Source: Macrostomum lignano
Lineage: Eukaryota
Reading direction: 5' to 3'
Assembly (NCBI GenBank): GCA_002269645.1
Contig: NIVC01000150.1
Location: 248,001-312,000, forward strand
DNA: 64,000 nt
Part shown: in pieces, positions 1-11,823 of the stretch
How positions within the stretch are numbered: the first letter of the stretch is position 1
Layout of the letters: every line of letters starts with the position of its first letter
The notes under the pieces: model-generated
Told to the model about the DNA's origin: nothing
What the model saw: only the letters and a program-made list of their open reading frames with translations
Database searches by the model: none
Translations under genes and position numbers: made by a program

Positions 1-192
1 AACAAGGTATTCGAGTCCGTGGCCATGCGCTACATGGACCCAGAGCAGGGCAGAGTCTGCTTCGAGGACTTCATCCTGCTGTCCATCCGGCTCAAGACCG
101 CCTTCGAGACTTACAAGGCCATGCCGAAGACCAACGAAGGCTTTGGCGTGGTGAAGCAGGACCACTTCCTGCTGCAGACCCTGTACCTCTGA
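1..192 (+). CDS. 3' end of a calpain / penta-EF-hand family protein (partial)
   Basis: Frame +1 reads NKVFESVAMRYMDPEQGRVCFEDFILLSIRLKTAFETYK...DHFLLQTLYL*, with TGA at 190-192. This resembles the terminal EF-hands of calpain domain IV and sorcin (RY...G.I.F.DFI....RL...F..F). Confidence 0.75.
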   Translation, partial: NKVFESVAMRYMDPEQGRVCFEDFILLSIRLKTAFETYKAMPKTNEGFGVVKQDHFLLQTLYL

Positions 193-1379
193 AGTCTCCA
201 TTTGGACTCGCAAGCCAATTCCTAAGACAACAACCATTGATATAAGTGGGCTAACGACTTTCCCGAATAGACAAGCAGTTTTCCATATAGGCCAATTTGC
301 AGAGAACCGCTACATATCCAACAAATTTCCTCCATATTAGAACTGATTTTGAATTTCTTCAATCATATTTACTCAGCTATCAGCAAAATGTCTAAACTAC
401 CGACCTTTCCCATTCAAGTTTCCACAGAATCAGGCTCCTCATTTAGCAAAGACGAGAGTTGAGAGAGAAATTGACAAAAAACTATTAGCCTTTGTAATTA
501 CGTCTTTTGTACTCATTTGGTTCCTTATCTTCATTTGAAATAAATCAATAATTCTACGAGCGTATTTTTAAATTTCCGTCCGAAATCCAAGCAGACCCTT
601 TGAAGTCTGTATCAACTTTCCAATTTCTAATGACTAAATAACAAATTGAAACAAAAGCATTCGGGGAAATTTCGCTTTATTGAATACAAATAGTTTTTAA
701 CAAACACAGGCTCAGCAGCTGATATTTTTATTGTTATTATTTGCAACTGTTTGATGTTATTATTTAGAAAAAACAGCACCTGGAATCAAGTAGTGCGAGT
801 TAATTAATACAGTTTGTTTACTAGCACACAGGAACAACACTGCAGGAGTACATTAGAGACAACAGACAAGCCAGCAAAGTGATAAAAATGCACTGTAGGC
901 GCTGATTGCACAGCAAATTCACATCGGATGGATGGCAAAGTGATCCTACAAAATTATCAAACTCTTGCAACACACAGCACAAAACAAAAATAAGTTGCCA
1001 TCTAGTTGACTATCTATGAGATATCTATCGACGATATAAATGCAATCGTTTTGTGTTCCGTTTGTGAATTAAATACTAATATTGCAATATTACAGCGGAC
1101 ATAATGAAATTTATACTTAGCCAAATTTCCCTAGAACATTCCCACCTTGACATCAATATTGCAAGCATTGTAATAACAACCTAAAGTTCAAGAGGTCCTT
1201 AACAATCTAGAGTTCAAAAAGTCGATAAAAGCCTAAAGTACAAGGAGTACTTCGAGAACTCTAAAACTTCAAGGAGTCCTCTAAATTGTACCTAACCATT
1301 AACCAACAACGAAGAAACGAAGCGAAGAAAAAACGGAACAAAATGCAACTCAAACTCGGCCATGTTGTCACTTGGTCAT

Positions 1380-2174
1380 TCAGTCCTTGTCTAAGCACGA
1401 GTTCACGTGCTCCTGCATCGAGGCCTGCTTCGGCACCGAACAGTTGCACACCGGACACACCGTCTCGTGGTATTCGATTTTGTTGACGGCTACCGCCGGC
1501 TTCTTCTTCCTGGGATTCTTCGACACATTGGAAGTCGATTGATTGTTCTCATCCTCGCTAGATGACGAGCGAATCTCGTACACGGCGTCGGCTGCGCTGC
1601 ACAAGGAGATTCGGGCGCCAGCTAACAGCTTCTGGCGGCGGCCAGAGGCTCCAGCAGGAGAAACTGCAGCGGCGGCTGGGGGCAGATTGCGCGGCCCCAG
1701 CCGAATGTATTCAGTCTCTGCTGGCTGTTGCTGCCGTGGACCAGCGGCTGACCTGCGCCTGTTATTCGTATTTGTATTGCTAATTTTGCTCCTAGAAGAC
1801 GGAGTGAAGTCAGCATCGTCCGGGTCCTGATCATTTTTATCGTCGTTGCTCAACAGGCGCTTTCTATTAGGCTGCAGCTTCAAATTCGAAGGACCAGAAG
1901 TTGCGGGCGGATCAACGACAATTACACCGGGCTCCGACTGCTGCGACTGACTAGCAGAAGACGACTGAGACTGGCCCAGGAATTCGGCCATTGACATGTT
2001 CGGGTCGCTGTGTGCGTACGTAATCAACGGGCCAATCAGCTTCGGACGCAGGCGCCGCCTCTCCTTGGCCAGCGCCAATCGGCGCGCGACCTCCTCGGCG
2101 CGAAATGCGCGCAGAGCGGCTAGGCGCTGTTCGATAGACCGGCCTGGCGCCGGGGCCCACGGGTCTGAGGGCAC
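1380..2174 (-). CDS. Low-complexity protein with a C-terminal UBZ4/Rad18-type zinc finger (possible ubiquitin-binding DNA-repair factor)
   Basis: C-terminal CPVCNCSVPKQASMQEHVNSCL fits the UBZ C-x2-C...H-x3-C pattern. EEVARRLA is MIU-like. The same frame continues upstream past a single TAG at 2247-2249, so the true start is uncertain. Confidence 0.5.
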   Translation of the reverse strand: MPSDPWAPAPGRSIEQRLAALRAFRAEEVARRLALAKERRRLRPKLIGPLITYAHSDPNMSMAEFLGQSQSSSASQSQQSEPGVIVVDPPATSGPSNLKLQPNRKRLLSNDDKNDQDPDDADFTPSSRSKISNTNTNNRRRSAAGPRQQQPAETEYIRLGPRNLPPAAAAVSPAGASGRRQKLLAGARISLCSAADAVYEIRSSSSEDENNQSTSNVSKNPRKKKPAVAVNKIEYHETVCPVCNCSVPKQASMQEHVNSCLDKD

Positions 2175-2584
2175 TCCGGCCGCTCTGAGTTGGCGCAGGC
2201 GCCACTCGGTCAGCGGACCCGGGCCGCCTTTGGTGGCGCCGCCAGGCTAGAGCTCCGGCACCAGGCGCAGCGGATCCAGCGCCGTAGTCGACAGAAACGA
2301 CGAAGAAGACGCAGCGGACGGCTGCTGACGGCCAGCGAGGGCTGTAGCAAAACCGCCATAGAATCTGTCGCTGCCGCCGGTCCTACCCAATGGAGGAATT
2401 CGCGGCCGCGAGTTCGAGTCACCGCCATCGCAATCGGCGGATTCGTCTTCGTTTTTCAAATTCCAATTCAGTAGAAGTGAAATTGCAGAGAGAACTTGAA
2501 ACTTGGAATTGGATCTTTGCTGGGGCTTTGGAGGGTTAACAGAAATACCTGCAGATCTGGAATATTTTAGGGGCTTTGGGAATC

Positions 2585-3180
2585 TGGAAGCCTGGTGGCA
2601 GATACCTAGAAGCATTAAGGGTATCTAGAAGCACTTGGGGATTCTGGAAGCATTTGGGGGGATCTGAAAGCATTTGGGGGTATCTGGAAGCATTTGGGGG
2701 ATCTGGAAGCATTTGGGGGTATCTGGAAGCATTTGGGGGTATCTGGAAGCATTTGGGGGTATCTGGAAGCACTTGGGGATTCTGGAAGCATTTGGGGGTA
2801 TCTGGAAGCATTTGGGGGTATCTGGAAGCATTTGGGGGATCTGGAAGCATTTGGGGGATCTGGAAGCATTTGGGGGTATCTGGAAGCATTTGGGGGTATC
2901 TGGAAGCATTTGGGGGTATCTGGAAGCATTTGGGGGATCTGGAAGCATTTGGGGGATCTGGAAGAATTTGGGGGATCTGGAAGCATTTGGGGATCTGGAA
3001 GAATTTGGGGATCTGGAAGCATTTAGGGATCTGGAAGCATTTTGGGGATCTGGAAGCATTTTGGGGATCTGGAAGCATTTGGGGATCTGGAAGCATTTTG
3101 GGGATCTGGAAGCATTTTGGGGATCTGGAAGAATTTAAGGATCTGGAAACATTTTGGGGATCTGGAAGCATTTGGGGAAT
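2585..3180. repeat. Minisatellite, ~19-20-bp unit GGGGTATCTGGAAGCATTT
   Basis: Direct tandem array visible in the sequence. Confidence 0.95.
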
Positions 3181-4124
3181 CTGAAAATGGAGAAGGAACC
3201 TTAGATACCTGAAACTGCTGAGGAGGATCAAAGTCTGGTCTGATTCTAGGGTTCAAAGTCTGGGGTTCAACAAGCGCATTTGGAAAGAAATGAAACACAA
3301 AAGTCCGACACAAAATTGATAGAAGAAGCGGAGGAAAACAAGTTGGGCCTCGCGGGGCAACGATAGCTATGATGTGTAAAACTTGCTTACCATATAATTA
3401 TGGTTATTAATATAGTATAACTTGGCGTGCATTATTTGTATAATAATAGTATTTTAGTTTAGAAGTGCAACAACAGTAGAAAAACACTGAAATCGATCTG
3501 ACTGATTATTTGATTATTAATAAGCTGGTAAGCCAGGTGATGCAGAATAAACTAATTATTTAATATATTATAGTAGTTAACACAACACATACTACTCTAC
3601 GAGTATGCTATCTAGCTAGGAAGTTGCCAAACATAATAGACAACAGATAGGCAACAAAACTTAATAAATGATAGTTTAAAACTTATCCACAATAATTAAT
3701 ATTATGCAACCAAATAAGGATTGAACTTAAGGAATTCCTATGTCTTGTTTTGTAAAGTAATCTTACAAAATATGGACAAGATTCTGTTTCGCTTCTAGAA
3801 GAAGTTTATTACAAAGAGAAATTTTTTAAATTATTAATTATAAACAAATGAGACGCGACGGCACTGATACAATCTGGATAAAACATATCGAAATGAATAT
3901 TGTTTTAAAGTGGTTATAGGGACAACATTGAAACTCTCTGATAACAACAAGATTAAATGGGCAATCTCAATCAGCAAAAAGCAACAATAACTTATACACC
4001 TGTTTTGGTCTTATGATACTCCATTTTTGTTAAAAATACATTCAACCAGTCAGTGTCTAGCAATGCTGTAATCCCAGATATCGTCTACGATTTAGTTCCT
4101 CAACAACAATCGACACCATCAAGC

Positions 4125-6519
4125 TTAGGTGAGCTCGGGCTCGTCAGCCTTCAGTGCTTTCTTCACCGTGTTCAGCCGGCGAGTGGCCCACGGGTCCAGC
4201 CTGGAGATGCTGTCGAACTCGGTCAGAGCTTTGGTGAACTCGTCAACGTTCGGTTCCTCGGGGTTGGCGGTTTCAACTAGCTTGACCATCAGCTTGTACT
4301 CGCGGCTGTCGGTGAACGCCGGGTGCATCTCGGCGTACTTCTCTAGAGCCTGCTGGCAGTTCAGCACATCGATGTTGAGGTGGCAGAGGCAGGCGCTGCA
4401 AAATGCCAGGTTGGAGTGATTGATGAATTCGATTCTATATCAGAAACTATTGGACAGATTTAAAAACTCTGGGGGGCAGAGAGGCAGATTCAAGAACTCT
4501 GGGGAGCGGAGAGGCAGATTCAAGGGGGGGGGGCGGAGCGGCAGATTCAAGGACTCTGAGTGGGGGGGGCGGAGAGGCAGATTCAATTATTCTGGGGGGG
4601 GGCGGAGCGGCAGATTCAAGGACTCTGAGTGGGGGGGGCGGAGCGGCAGATTCAAGGACTCTGAGTGGGGGGGGGCGGAGAGGCAGATTCAATTATTCTG
4701 GGGGGGCGGAGCGGCAGATTCAAGGACTCGGAGTGGGGGGGGGCGGAGAGGCAGATTCAAGGACTCTGAGTGGGGGGGGGCGGAGAGGCAGATTCAAGGA
4801 CTCTGAGTGGGGGGGGGGCGGAGAGGCAGATTCAATTATTCTGGGGGGGGCGGAGCGGCAGATTCAAGGACTCTGAGTGGGGGGGCGGAGAGGCAGATTC
4901 AAGGACTCTGAGTGGAGGGGGGGCCGAGAGGCAGATTCAAGGACGATGAATGGGGGGGGCGGAGAGGCAGATTCAAGGACTCTGTGGGCGGAGGCAGATT
5001 CATGAACTCTGAGGTGGGGGCGGAGAGGCAGATTCAAGGACTCTGAGTGGGGGGCGGAGAGGCAGATTCAAGGACTCTGAGTGGGGGGGGGGCGGAGAGG
5101 CAGATTCAAGGACTCTGAGTGGGGGGGGGGGCGGAGAGGCAGATTCAAGGACTCTGAGTGGGGGGGGGCGGAAAGGCAGATTCAAGGACTCTGAGTGGGG
5201 GGGCGGAGAGGCAGATTCAAGGACTCTGAGTGGGGGGGCGGAGAGGCAGATTCAAGGACTCTGAGTGGGGGGGGCGGAGAGGCAGATTCAAGGACTCTGA
5301 GTGGGGGGGGGGCGGAGAGGCAGATTCAAGGACTCTGAGTGGGGGGGCGGAGAGGCAGATTCAAGAACTCTGGGGGGGGGGGGCGGAGAGGGAGATTCCA
5401 GAGCTCTGGGGGGGGGGGGGCGGAGAGGCAGATTCAAGAACTCTGGGGGGGGGCGGAGAGGCAGATTCAAGAACTCTGGGGGGGGGGCGGAGAGGCAGAT
5501 TCAAGAACTCTGGGGGGGGGGCGGAGAGGCAGATTCAAGAACTCTGGGGGGGGGGGGGCGGAGAGGCAGATTCCAGAGCTCTGGGGGGGGCGGAGAGGCA
5601 GATTCAAGAACTCTGGGGGGGGCGGAGAGGGAGATTCAGAACTCTGGAGGGGGGGCCGGGGAGGGAGATTCCAGAACTCTGTGGGGCGGAGAGGCAGATT
5701 CCAGAACTCTGGGGCGGGGGGGGGCGGAGAGGCAGATTCCAGAACTCTGGGGGGCGGTGAGACAGATTCAAGGACTCTGGAGAGGAGGCGGAGAGGCAGA
5801 TTCAAGGACGCTGGAGAGGAGGCGGAGAGGCAGATTCAAGGACGCTGATGGATCAGGGGGAAATTCAATACAACAAATAAAAGTGAGACAGCTCACCGGA
5901 AAAAGTGGTCCTTGGCGCCATACTTAAGCAGGCTGTTCTCCATAGCGGCCTTGCCCAGCTCCTCAAACACCTTGGCGGCGTTGATGTAATCGCCGGCGTC
6001 AGCGTCCAGATGGGCGACCTTGGCCTCGCACTTGGAGGCGCTGGCGTTGCTCTCCTCGCCGCGATAGAAGTCGGCAGCCTTCTGATAGTGCTGCGAGGCC
6101 AGCTTAGGATCGTTCAGCTCGGTCTCGTAGATCTCCGCAATGCTCATATGGTGCTTAGCGGCAATTGTGAACCGGCCCATATCAGTGTAAATACCAATCG
6201 CGGAATCCAGACAGCCAATTGCTTGCTTGCCGTCAACTTTGCGATAACAATTGGCCGCATCCACCAGAGCCGAGGCGGAGTCGTGCCGGCTATTCTTAGA
6301 ACTGTGCGCCTCGGCCGCTTTGCTGAAGGCGTCGCCGGCCTCGCGCCAGTGCTTGCCCATCTTGAACACGTTGGCCGCTTTGACAAACAGCTCGGCAGCT
6401 TCGTCGTCTTTGGCAGACTTGCCGAATATGCCAGATAAGAAGCCGCCACCGCCACCGCCGCCGCGCTTTTTCATTGCCTGCTCCATCAAATCCTGGCCGC
6501 GTTTGAGTTCGTCTGACAT
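4125..6519 (-). CDS. NAPA: Alpha-soluble NSF attachment protein (alpha-SNAP), 2 exons: complement(join(4125..4395,5897..6519)), 297 aa
   Basis: Typical alpha-SNAP blocks AANVFKMGKHW, GRFTIAAKHH, LLKYGAKDHFFR. Donor GTGAG at 5896 and acceptor TTTGCAG at 4396 join in phase to FFR-ACLCHLNID...HPAFTDSREYKL...FDSISRLD. Confidence 0.95.
4470..5850. repeat. G-rich minisatellite (~31-35 bp, GGGGGGCGGAGAGGCAGATTCAAGGACTCTGAGT) filling the alpha-SNAP intron
   Basis: Tandem array with variable G-run length lying between the two SNAP exons. Confidence 0.95.
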
Positions 6520-6750
6520 TTTTCTTTGATGCTTTTTAAGTCTTTTTGTGTACTATTTGCTGGAATGCGCGTTGGATACTATTTAGGTTGGATTGGATTA
6601 GAGGTCAAATTATATTCTACCAGCTTGCTTAATGATGAATTAATGTAAAAGTAAGGTTAAAATGCAAATATGCTAAGTTATTTAAATCCTAGCTATTAAA
6701 GCATATGAAATACATATATATGATTCGAATATAGAAGAAAGGCTATTACT

Positions 6751-7609
6751 CAGTGGTGGGACTGAGAGGCAACCATTTTTTCGCGCCATTAAAAAATATT
6801 CGCGCCGTCCAAAATTTCCTGCCCAGTGCCCCGCACTACTAAATTTCCTTTTATGCAGCCTTGGGGTCCCTTGTTACGAGTGTATAGTTAATTAATGGTC
6901 TATTATAAATATTTTTTAATATCGTAAATTACGATCTTACGAATTTCCTCTAATGAATGAAGTGGACACTTTTAACAAAGTTTTGACAGAGCGTCACGTT
7001 TATTTGTCATTGTTGCAAAGTAGATATACTTTTTTCGTGAAACACAAGTCCTCTCACTCACTTTCAGAAGTTTCAGTATTCGTGGTTCAGGCTCGTAGCA
7101 AAAGAAGCAGAATAAGAGGTTGTATGTAAAAGACGAAGCAGATCAGATCAGTGTGGAATATGGATCCATCCATACATTGAAAGTAATGGGACCACGGATC
7201 AGTCAAAAGTATAATAACAAATATTTAAAAACATTCTTAGTATTGGCACTTAACAGTTCTTTACATAAAATGGCATCTGCTTTCTTGCTTATTTGACTTT
7301 TGAGAAAAAAATCAACTTTAACACTAAATTTCGCTTATCCGTAGATCTGATGTAGATTTGATCCGCTCCATCTTTTACATACCACCGAATAAGATGATAA
7401 GAAATTTTATTCCTACTTATATGTGCATTAAATTCACTGTGATAACCAGTTCTAAACACAGTAGCATGGAGTCACATGGAGTCACAATCAAATATAAATC
7501 CGTGCCATTCACGCCTCAAAATCTGCGCCACACCTGAAAAATCGCGTATTCGCGCCATCTTTACTGAAATTCGCGCCAGGCACGAATTTGCACCTCAGTC
7601 CCACCACTG
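6751..7609. mobile_element. Non-autonomous hAT-type element (MITE), 859 bp
   Basis: TIRs CAGTGGTGGGACTGAG / CTCAGTCCCACCACTG. 8-bp TSD CTATTACT at 6743-6750 and 7610-7617. Subterminal TTCGCGCC repeats. Confidence 0.9.
7118..7386. mobile_element. MITE nested in the hAT MITE, GG...CC termini (Merlin-like by termini and TSD length)
   Basis: Imperfect ~27-bp TIRs GGTTGTATGTAAAAGACGAAGCAGATC / GATCCGCTCCATCTTTTACATACCACC. 8-bp TSD GAATAAGA at 7110-7117 and 7387-7394. Confidence 0.8.
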
Positions 7610-8329
7610 CTATTACTATTTTGACATAAGGTATATTTAGTAGTGATCTGCTGTTAATTATGTCTATGGCTACAGAGTGTAAAAATAGAAACTTTTAAGG
7701 TATACTGCACAACTGATCATAAAAATATGAAATAAACTTTAAAGGGTATATAGGGCAAAAACATAGAAAACTATGAGAACCATCATATACTAGCTGAATA
7801 AAGTCAAGTAGGTTGCATATTGTAAAAAGTTTTTTTATAATAGAGAGGAAATTTTAATTAGTTAGCAATGGCTAAAAATATACATATGACAATAGATATA
7901 AATATATTATAAGCCTAGTTCTATGAAGTCAAAAATTATAGCTAAGAACTCAAACAAGAATTATAATTATAAAGGTTTTTTAGTAATTTTTTTCTTTTTG
8001 ATTTCTCACTTGATTAAGTAAAAGGCACCTAGATTCTAAAAAAGTAGCCAAGTATTATATATCCTAAAAAAGTTAAAATTTTTATATTTTGGATAAGAGA
8101 AAACAAACATTAACTTGTTTTTATTTACTTTTATTTAATTGCCAATGAAATTGAAAATTTTAATAAACAGTTGAATAAATATACCTGTAATAAGTTGAAT
8201 ACACAAAATAAATTACCATACATAGTTTTCAATTGAAACAAGTTCTAACACATGGTGCAGTAGTGTTCACTCTAAGCTAAAACATGCTAAGCTCAAGCTG
8301 GTGGCTGGCACCTCCCCCCCTTATAGCTA

Positions 8330-9700
8330 GCTGGCAATTTAGGCTTGGGTTCTGATCTTTGATATACATAGCCTCTAAGATGTTTAAAGTGTGCTCATGG
8401 TGGCAGGAATCGATAATCTTAAATAAATAAATTGGTTTGCTGCTACAGCATGAGTTGCATATGAGAAGGTGCTCCTATATAGCAGATCTTTTGGTCCAGT
8501 GCTCCTTGACCCTAGTGTATAAGTGTTGCTTAGTTTTTCCAAGGTACAAAATACTCTGGTCACCAGAGCAATGAAATTTATAAACAACACCTGCATTGAG
8601 AGGCTAAAGCACATGGGACTTCAAGTTGCAAACATATTGGGACATCTTCTCCATGTGGAATATGATCCTAAGGTGCATGTTGAGGCTTTTTTGAATAGTT
8701 TTTCTATTTTTTTCTTGAACTCAATAGAGCATAAGCCAAAAAATGGCAACACAATTATAGGGCTATTAGTTTCTCTAGCATTATCCTCCTGAGTGCTGCT
8801 ATTGATTAGTTAGCTTATTATTTAAAAACTGGTTTACAATGCGAGACACATAGTTTGGGTAGCCTAACCATTCAGGGTTTTTTTGTGCGCAGAGTGTACG
8901 TATGTACCTTAAATTTTAAAATCACACCCTGAAATTAAAAAAGTAGGTGCGGTTTAGGTGCGGTCTTATAACCATTTTTTAAAGGCTTAACCATGCTTAA
9001 GCTATTTTTCATGCACTGCCTTAAAATATGAAACAAAAAAACTCTTTAAATCCTATTAAGTCATATAGCCTAGGCCTATGGCTATAGCCTTATGTAAGAT
9101 ATGTCTATACATTCCCAGTTGTCTAAAATAAGACTCAAGAGAAATTGCACTCTGAGCCTTAAAATCGCACCTTGAAATTTGCCACAAGGTGCGATTTCAC
9201 ACCTTGTCTCTGATGAAAAAAAACCTAGTAACCATTCCTAATGAGATGGCCAATAAACTGTTCCATCTCATCATGAAACAGTTTCCAAGAGCTATAGATC
9301 AGAAAAGCTCTATGCAGAAAGCAGCAAATCAGGCCATTCTTCCATTGCCATGGGCAAAGGGCATCAAATCTTAGTATAAGACTAGTAAGGCTGAGCTTCT
9401 TAAAGACTTTAGTTTCGATCAGGTCATTGCTAATATTAATGTCAATGTCAAGAAATGAGAGTTTAGTTCCCTCACCTTTGGTTGTGAATTTGATGTTAGG
9501 ATGAGTATGTTGATAGCATGAAAAAATTCTTTCTCTTTTTTCTTATCATTTTCAAAGATGGTAAAAGTGTCATCAACAATCAATGTAACATTTGTAGAAC
9601 CAAGGTGAATATATTATATGGGAGGGCTATCTAGTCCAGAAAAAGGAAGAATTTTTCCATGCTGGTAAACTAGAAGATTGCCCCTTTTTGTTACATTTTA
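8330..9700 (-). pseudogene. Degenerate Penelope-like retroelement (RT C-terminus plus GIY-YIG endonuclease)
   Basis: Broken minus-strand frames give VDDTFTIFEN, HPNIKFTT, LSFLDIDI, KNGLICCFLHRAF...SSWKLFHDE...RNGY and AGVVYKFHCSGDQSILYLGKTKQHL, which are PLE RT and GIY-YIG motifs. Confidence 0.75.
8873..9228. mobile_element. hAT-like MITE inserted in the Penelope remnant
   Basis: Termini CAGGGTTTTTTT / AAAAAAAACCTAG. 8-bp TSD TAACCATT at 8865-8872 and 9229-9236. Internal AAAATCGCACC/GGTGCG motifs. Confidence 0.75.
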
Positions 9701-10057
9701 CTATATTTTAGAAAAACAAAAGTCTAGGCCTATAAATAATTTTCTAACAAACAATTTTAGTTAGCTTAGCTTGTTTATAAAGGATACTCATTCCTTCTTA
9801 ACACAGTCACAGGGCATAAAACAAATTTAAGAACAATCCTGACATTACTGGAAACATGCATGATGCTAAGCCTATCTGCCTGGTCTGGCTATCATTAACA
9901 GTGCCAACAGCTTACAGTTGCTTTGGTTTGAAAAATAGCTGAAGTGTTTACTGTTTACCTTCGAACTTTTAAGTGTCTATAAAAACGAAACAATGTAATA
10001 CAATGGCGAGATTTACACTCCAGTTTTTCACAGCTTTTTCCACTCGCTTTCTTCATC

Positions 10058-10430
10058 TAGGCTTTTCATATTACCGATTCCAGAACCAGAATCGGTTCGA
10101 AGCTTTTCATAATCATATTGTCTGTATCGTTTTCAGAATCGGTTCCAAAACCGTGTTTTGGTTCTGGAATTTGGATCGAGAAATTTTCTCGATCCGTTGT
10201 CATGTTTACACTTTAACAGTAAAATCTATTTGAAATCGTCAATTTTTTTATTGGTATAAAATTATTCCGTTTTTGTCATATCCAAGAGTCAACAAAGGCA
10301 AGGAAAGACAAAATTAAACTGTAAAGACTGACAAACATAAAATGGGTTCGAAGCTTTTCATTTTTCTACCAATTCTGGTTCAGGAATCGGAATTATTCTG
10401 TTTCTAGAACCGATCTTCGTTAAAAGCCTA
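10058..10430. mobile_element. Possible MITE remnant with TAGGCTTTT/AAAAGCCTA ends
   Basis: 9-bp inverted termini and internal repeated GAACC/GGTTC blocks. Only a 3-bp flanking match (ATC), so the TSD is unconvincing. Confidence 0.4.
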
Positions 10431-11229
10431 ATCTATACAATTTAATACTCTCTGAGCTCTGTTTGTACTTAGAAATAATTTCAAATCAAAGTTCCCTTTT
10501 CGCGACCCCTGGTTAAAACAAAACATGTATACCTTCACTCTAAAAATGAACATATTTATAGAGTAAAAAGCCTAATTAAAGTTTGAACTTTAAATTCTAC
10601 TTCAGAAATACAGTATTTACTATTTTCTTTGTTGTTTTTTAGATTTTCAGAGTTCTGTGGGGGTCTCACTAAAAGACGGATCGGATCGAATCAGGTCGAG
10701 ACCCGTTCTGTGGAGTAAGTTGAATTCAGAGTTCCGAATTCTTTTCGCCGGGGCCATTGCTCGTTTATAAAATACTGTGAAACAATGGATAAATAATTAG
10801 CGGTCCCAGTGCGTGACAACGATTGTCTGGCGAGCGCCGCGGTAGGCGCGAGCCATAGACAAATCGTTGTTACGTGCTACGACTGCTGATTCTTTGCATT
10901 GTTTTTCTGTTTGACGATCCTAAAAACAATGCATTGTTTGTAGTAATGTATTTTTCTGCATTTAAAATGTGAATAATGATCGTCAAATTGCTAAACAATG
11001 CAATTTAAACTTACGAACAGTCATGCACTTGAAAAGCATTAGGCGCAGAAATGCATTACCTGCACGGTTTTGTGCATTCCTGCACGATGAATAATCCGAC
11101 AATGGGATTCCTTCACGTTCACTCGTGCGTGAAGGACATCGTGAACTCGTGCGCTAGCGCGCACTCGTGCAGATGTCATTCCCGCACTCGTGACCGTGCA
11201 GGAATCATTCATTCTGTGTATATTTTGTG

Positions 11230-11823
11230 GTATAGAGTGCCAATAAGGATGAAAATCTGAAGCCGATTTTTAGAATTCACCCACTCCCTCCGGCCCTCCG
11301 GTCACCAAGCTTTTTAGTCTATGGCACAAGTTGTAGCTAGAATGGTGTACAAAGCCGCGATGCTCAGAAATATGCATAGAGAGTGCATGAGAACAAATAC
11401 AAGTAGCTAATGTAGCTGGACGAATACCATGAATGCTTAAAACGTCCTCAAGACTTTATTTCTGTATCTATACTGTAACCGTACGTACGATGATTGCATT
11501 GTGTAAGGAGAAAAGAAGTTGAGCAGGATTCTTGCAGCAGAATCGGAAAGACAGACGTAAGTTCAGATGTAAGGGCTATATGGCATGGCTGTTACGGAGT
11601 TGTGTATCGACGACGGCAACTGAGTCTGGTGACTGAGCGATGTTGTCTTGCTTATTTGATACATGCATTTTCTAAGTGTGAAATGTCTTATATTTCTGAG
11701 CATCGGCTTTGTACACCATTCTAGCCACAACTTGTGCCATAGACTAAAAAGCTTGGTGACCGGAGGGGGTGGGTGGATTCTAAAAATCGGCTTCAGATTT
11801 TCATCCTTATTGGCACTCTATAC
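11230..11823. mobile_element. Foldback/MITE-like element with ~125-bp inverted arms
   Basis: 11230-11358 is the near-perfect reverse complement of 11704-11823 (GTATAGAGTGCCAATAAGGATGAAAATCTGAAGCCG...). A TA TSD is possible. Confidence 0.75.

Noticed and set aside
2536-5927. Repetitive ORFs over the 20-bp and G-rich arrays
   Set aside because: Minisatellite artefacts open in several frames. The second array is inside the alpha-SNAP intron.
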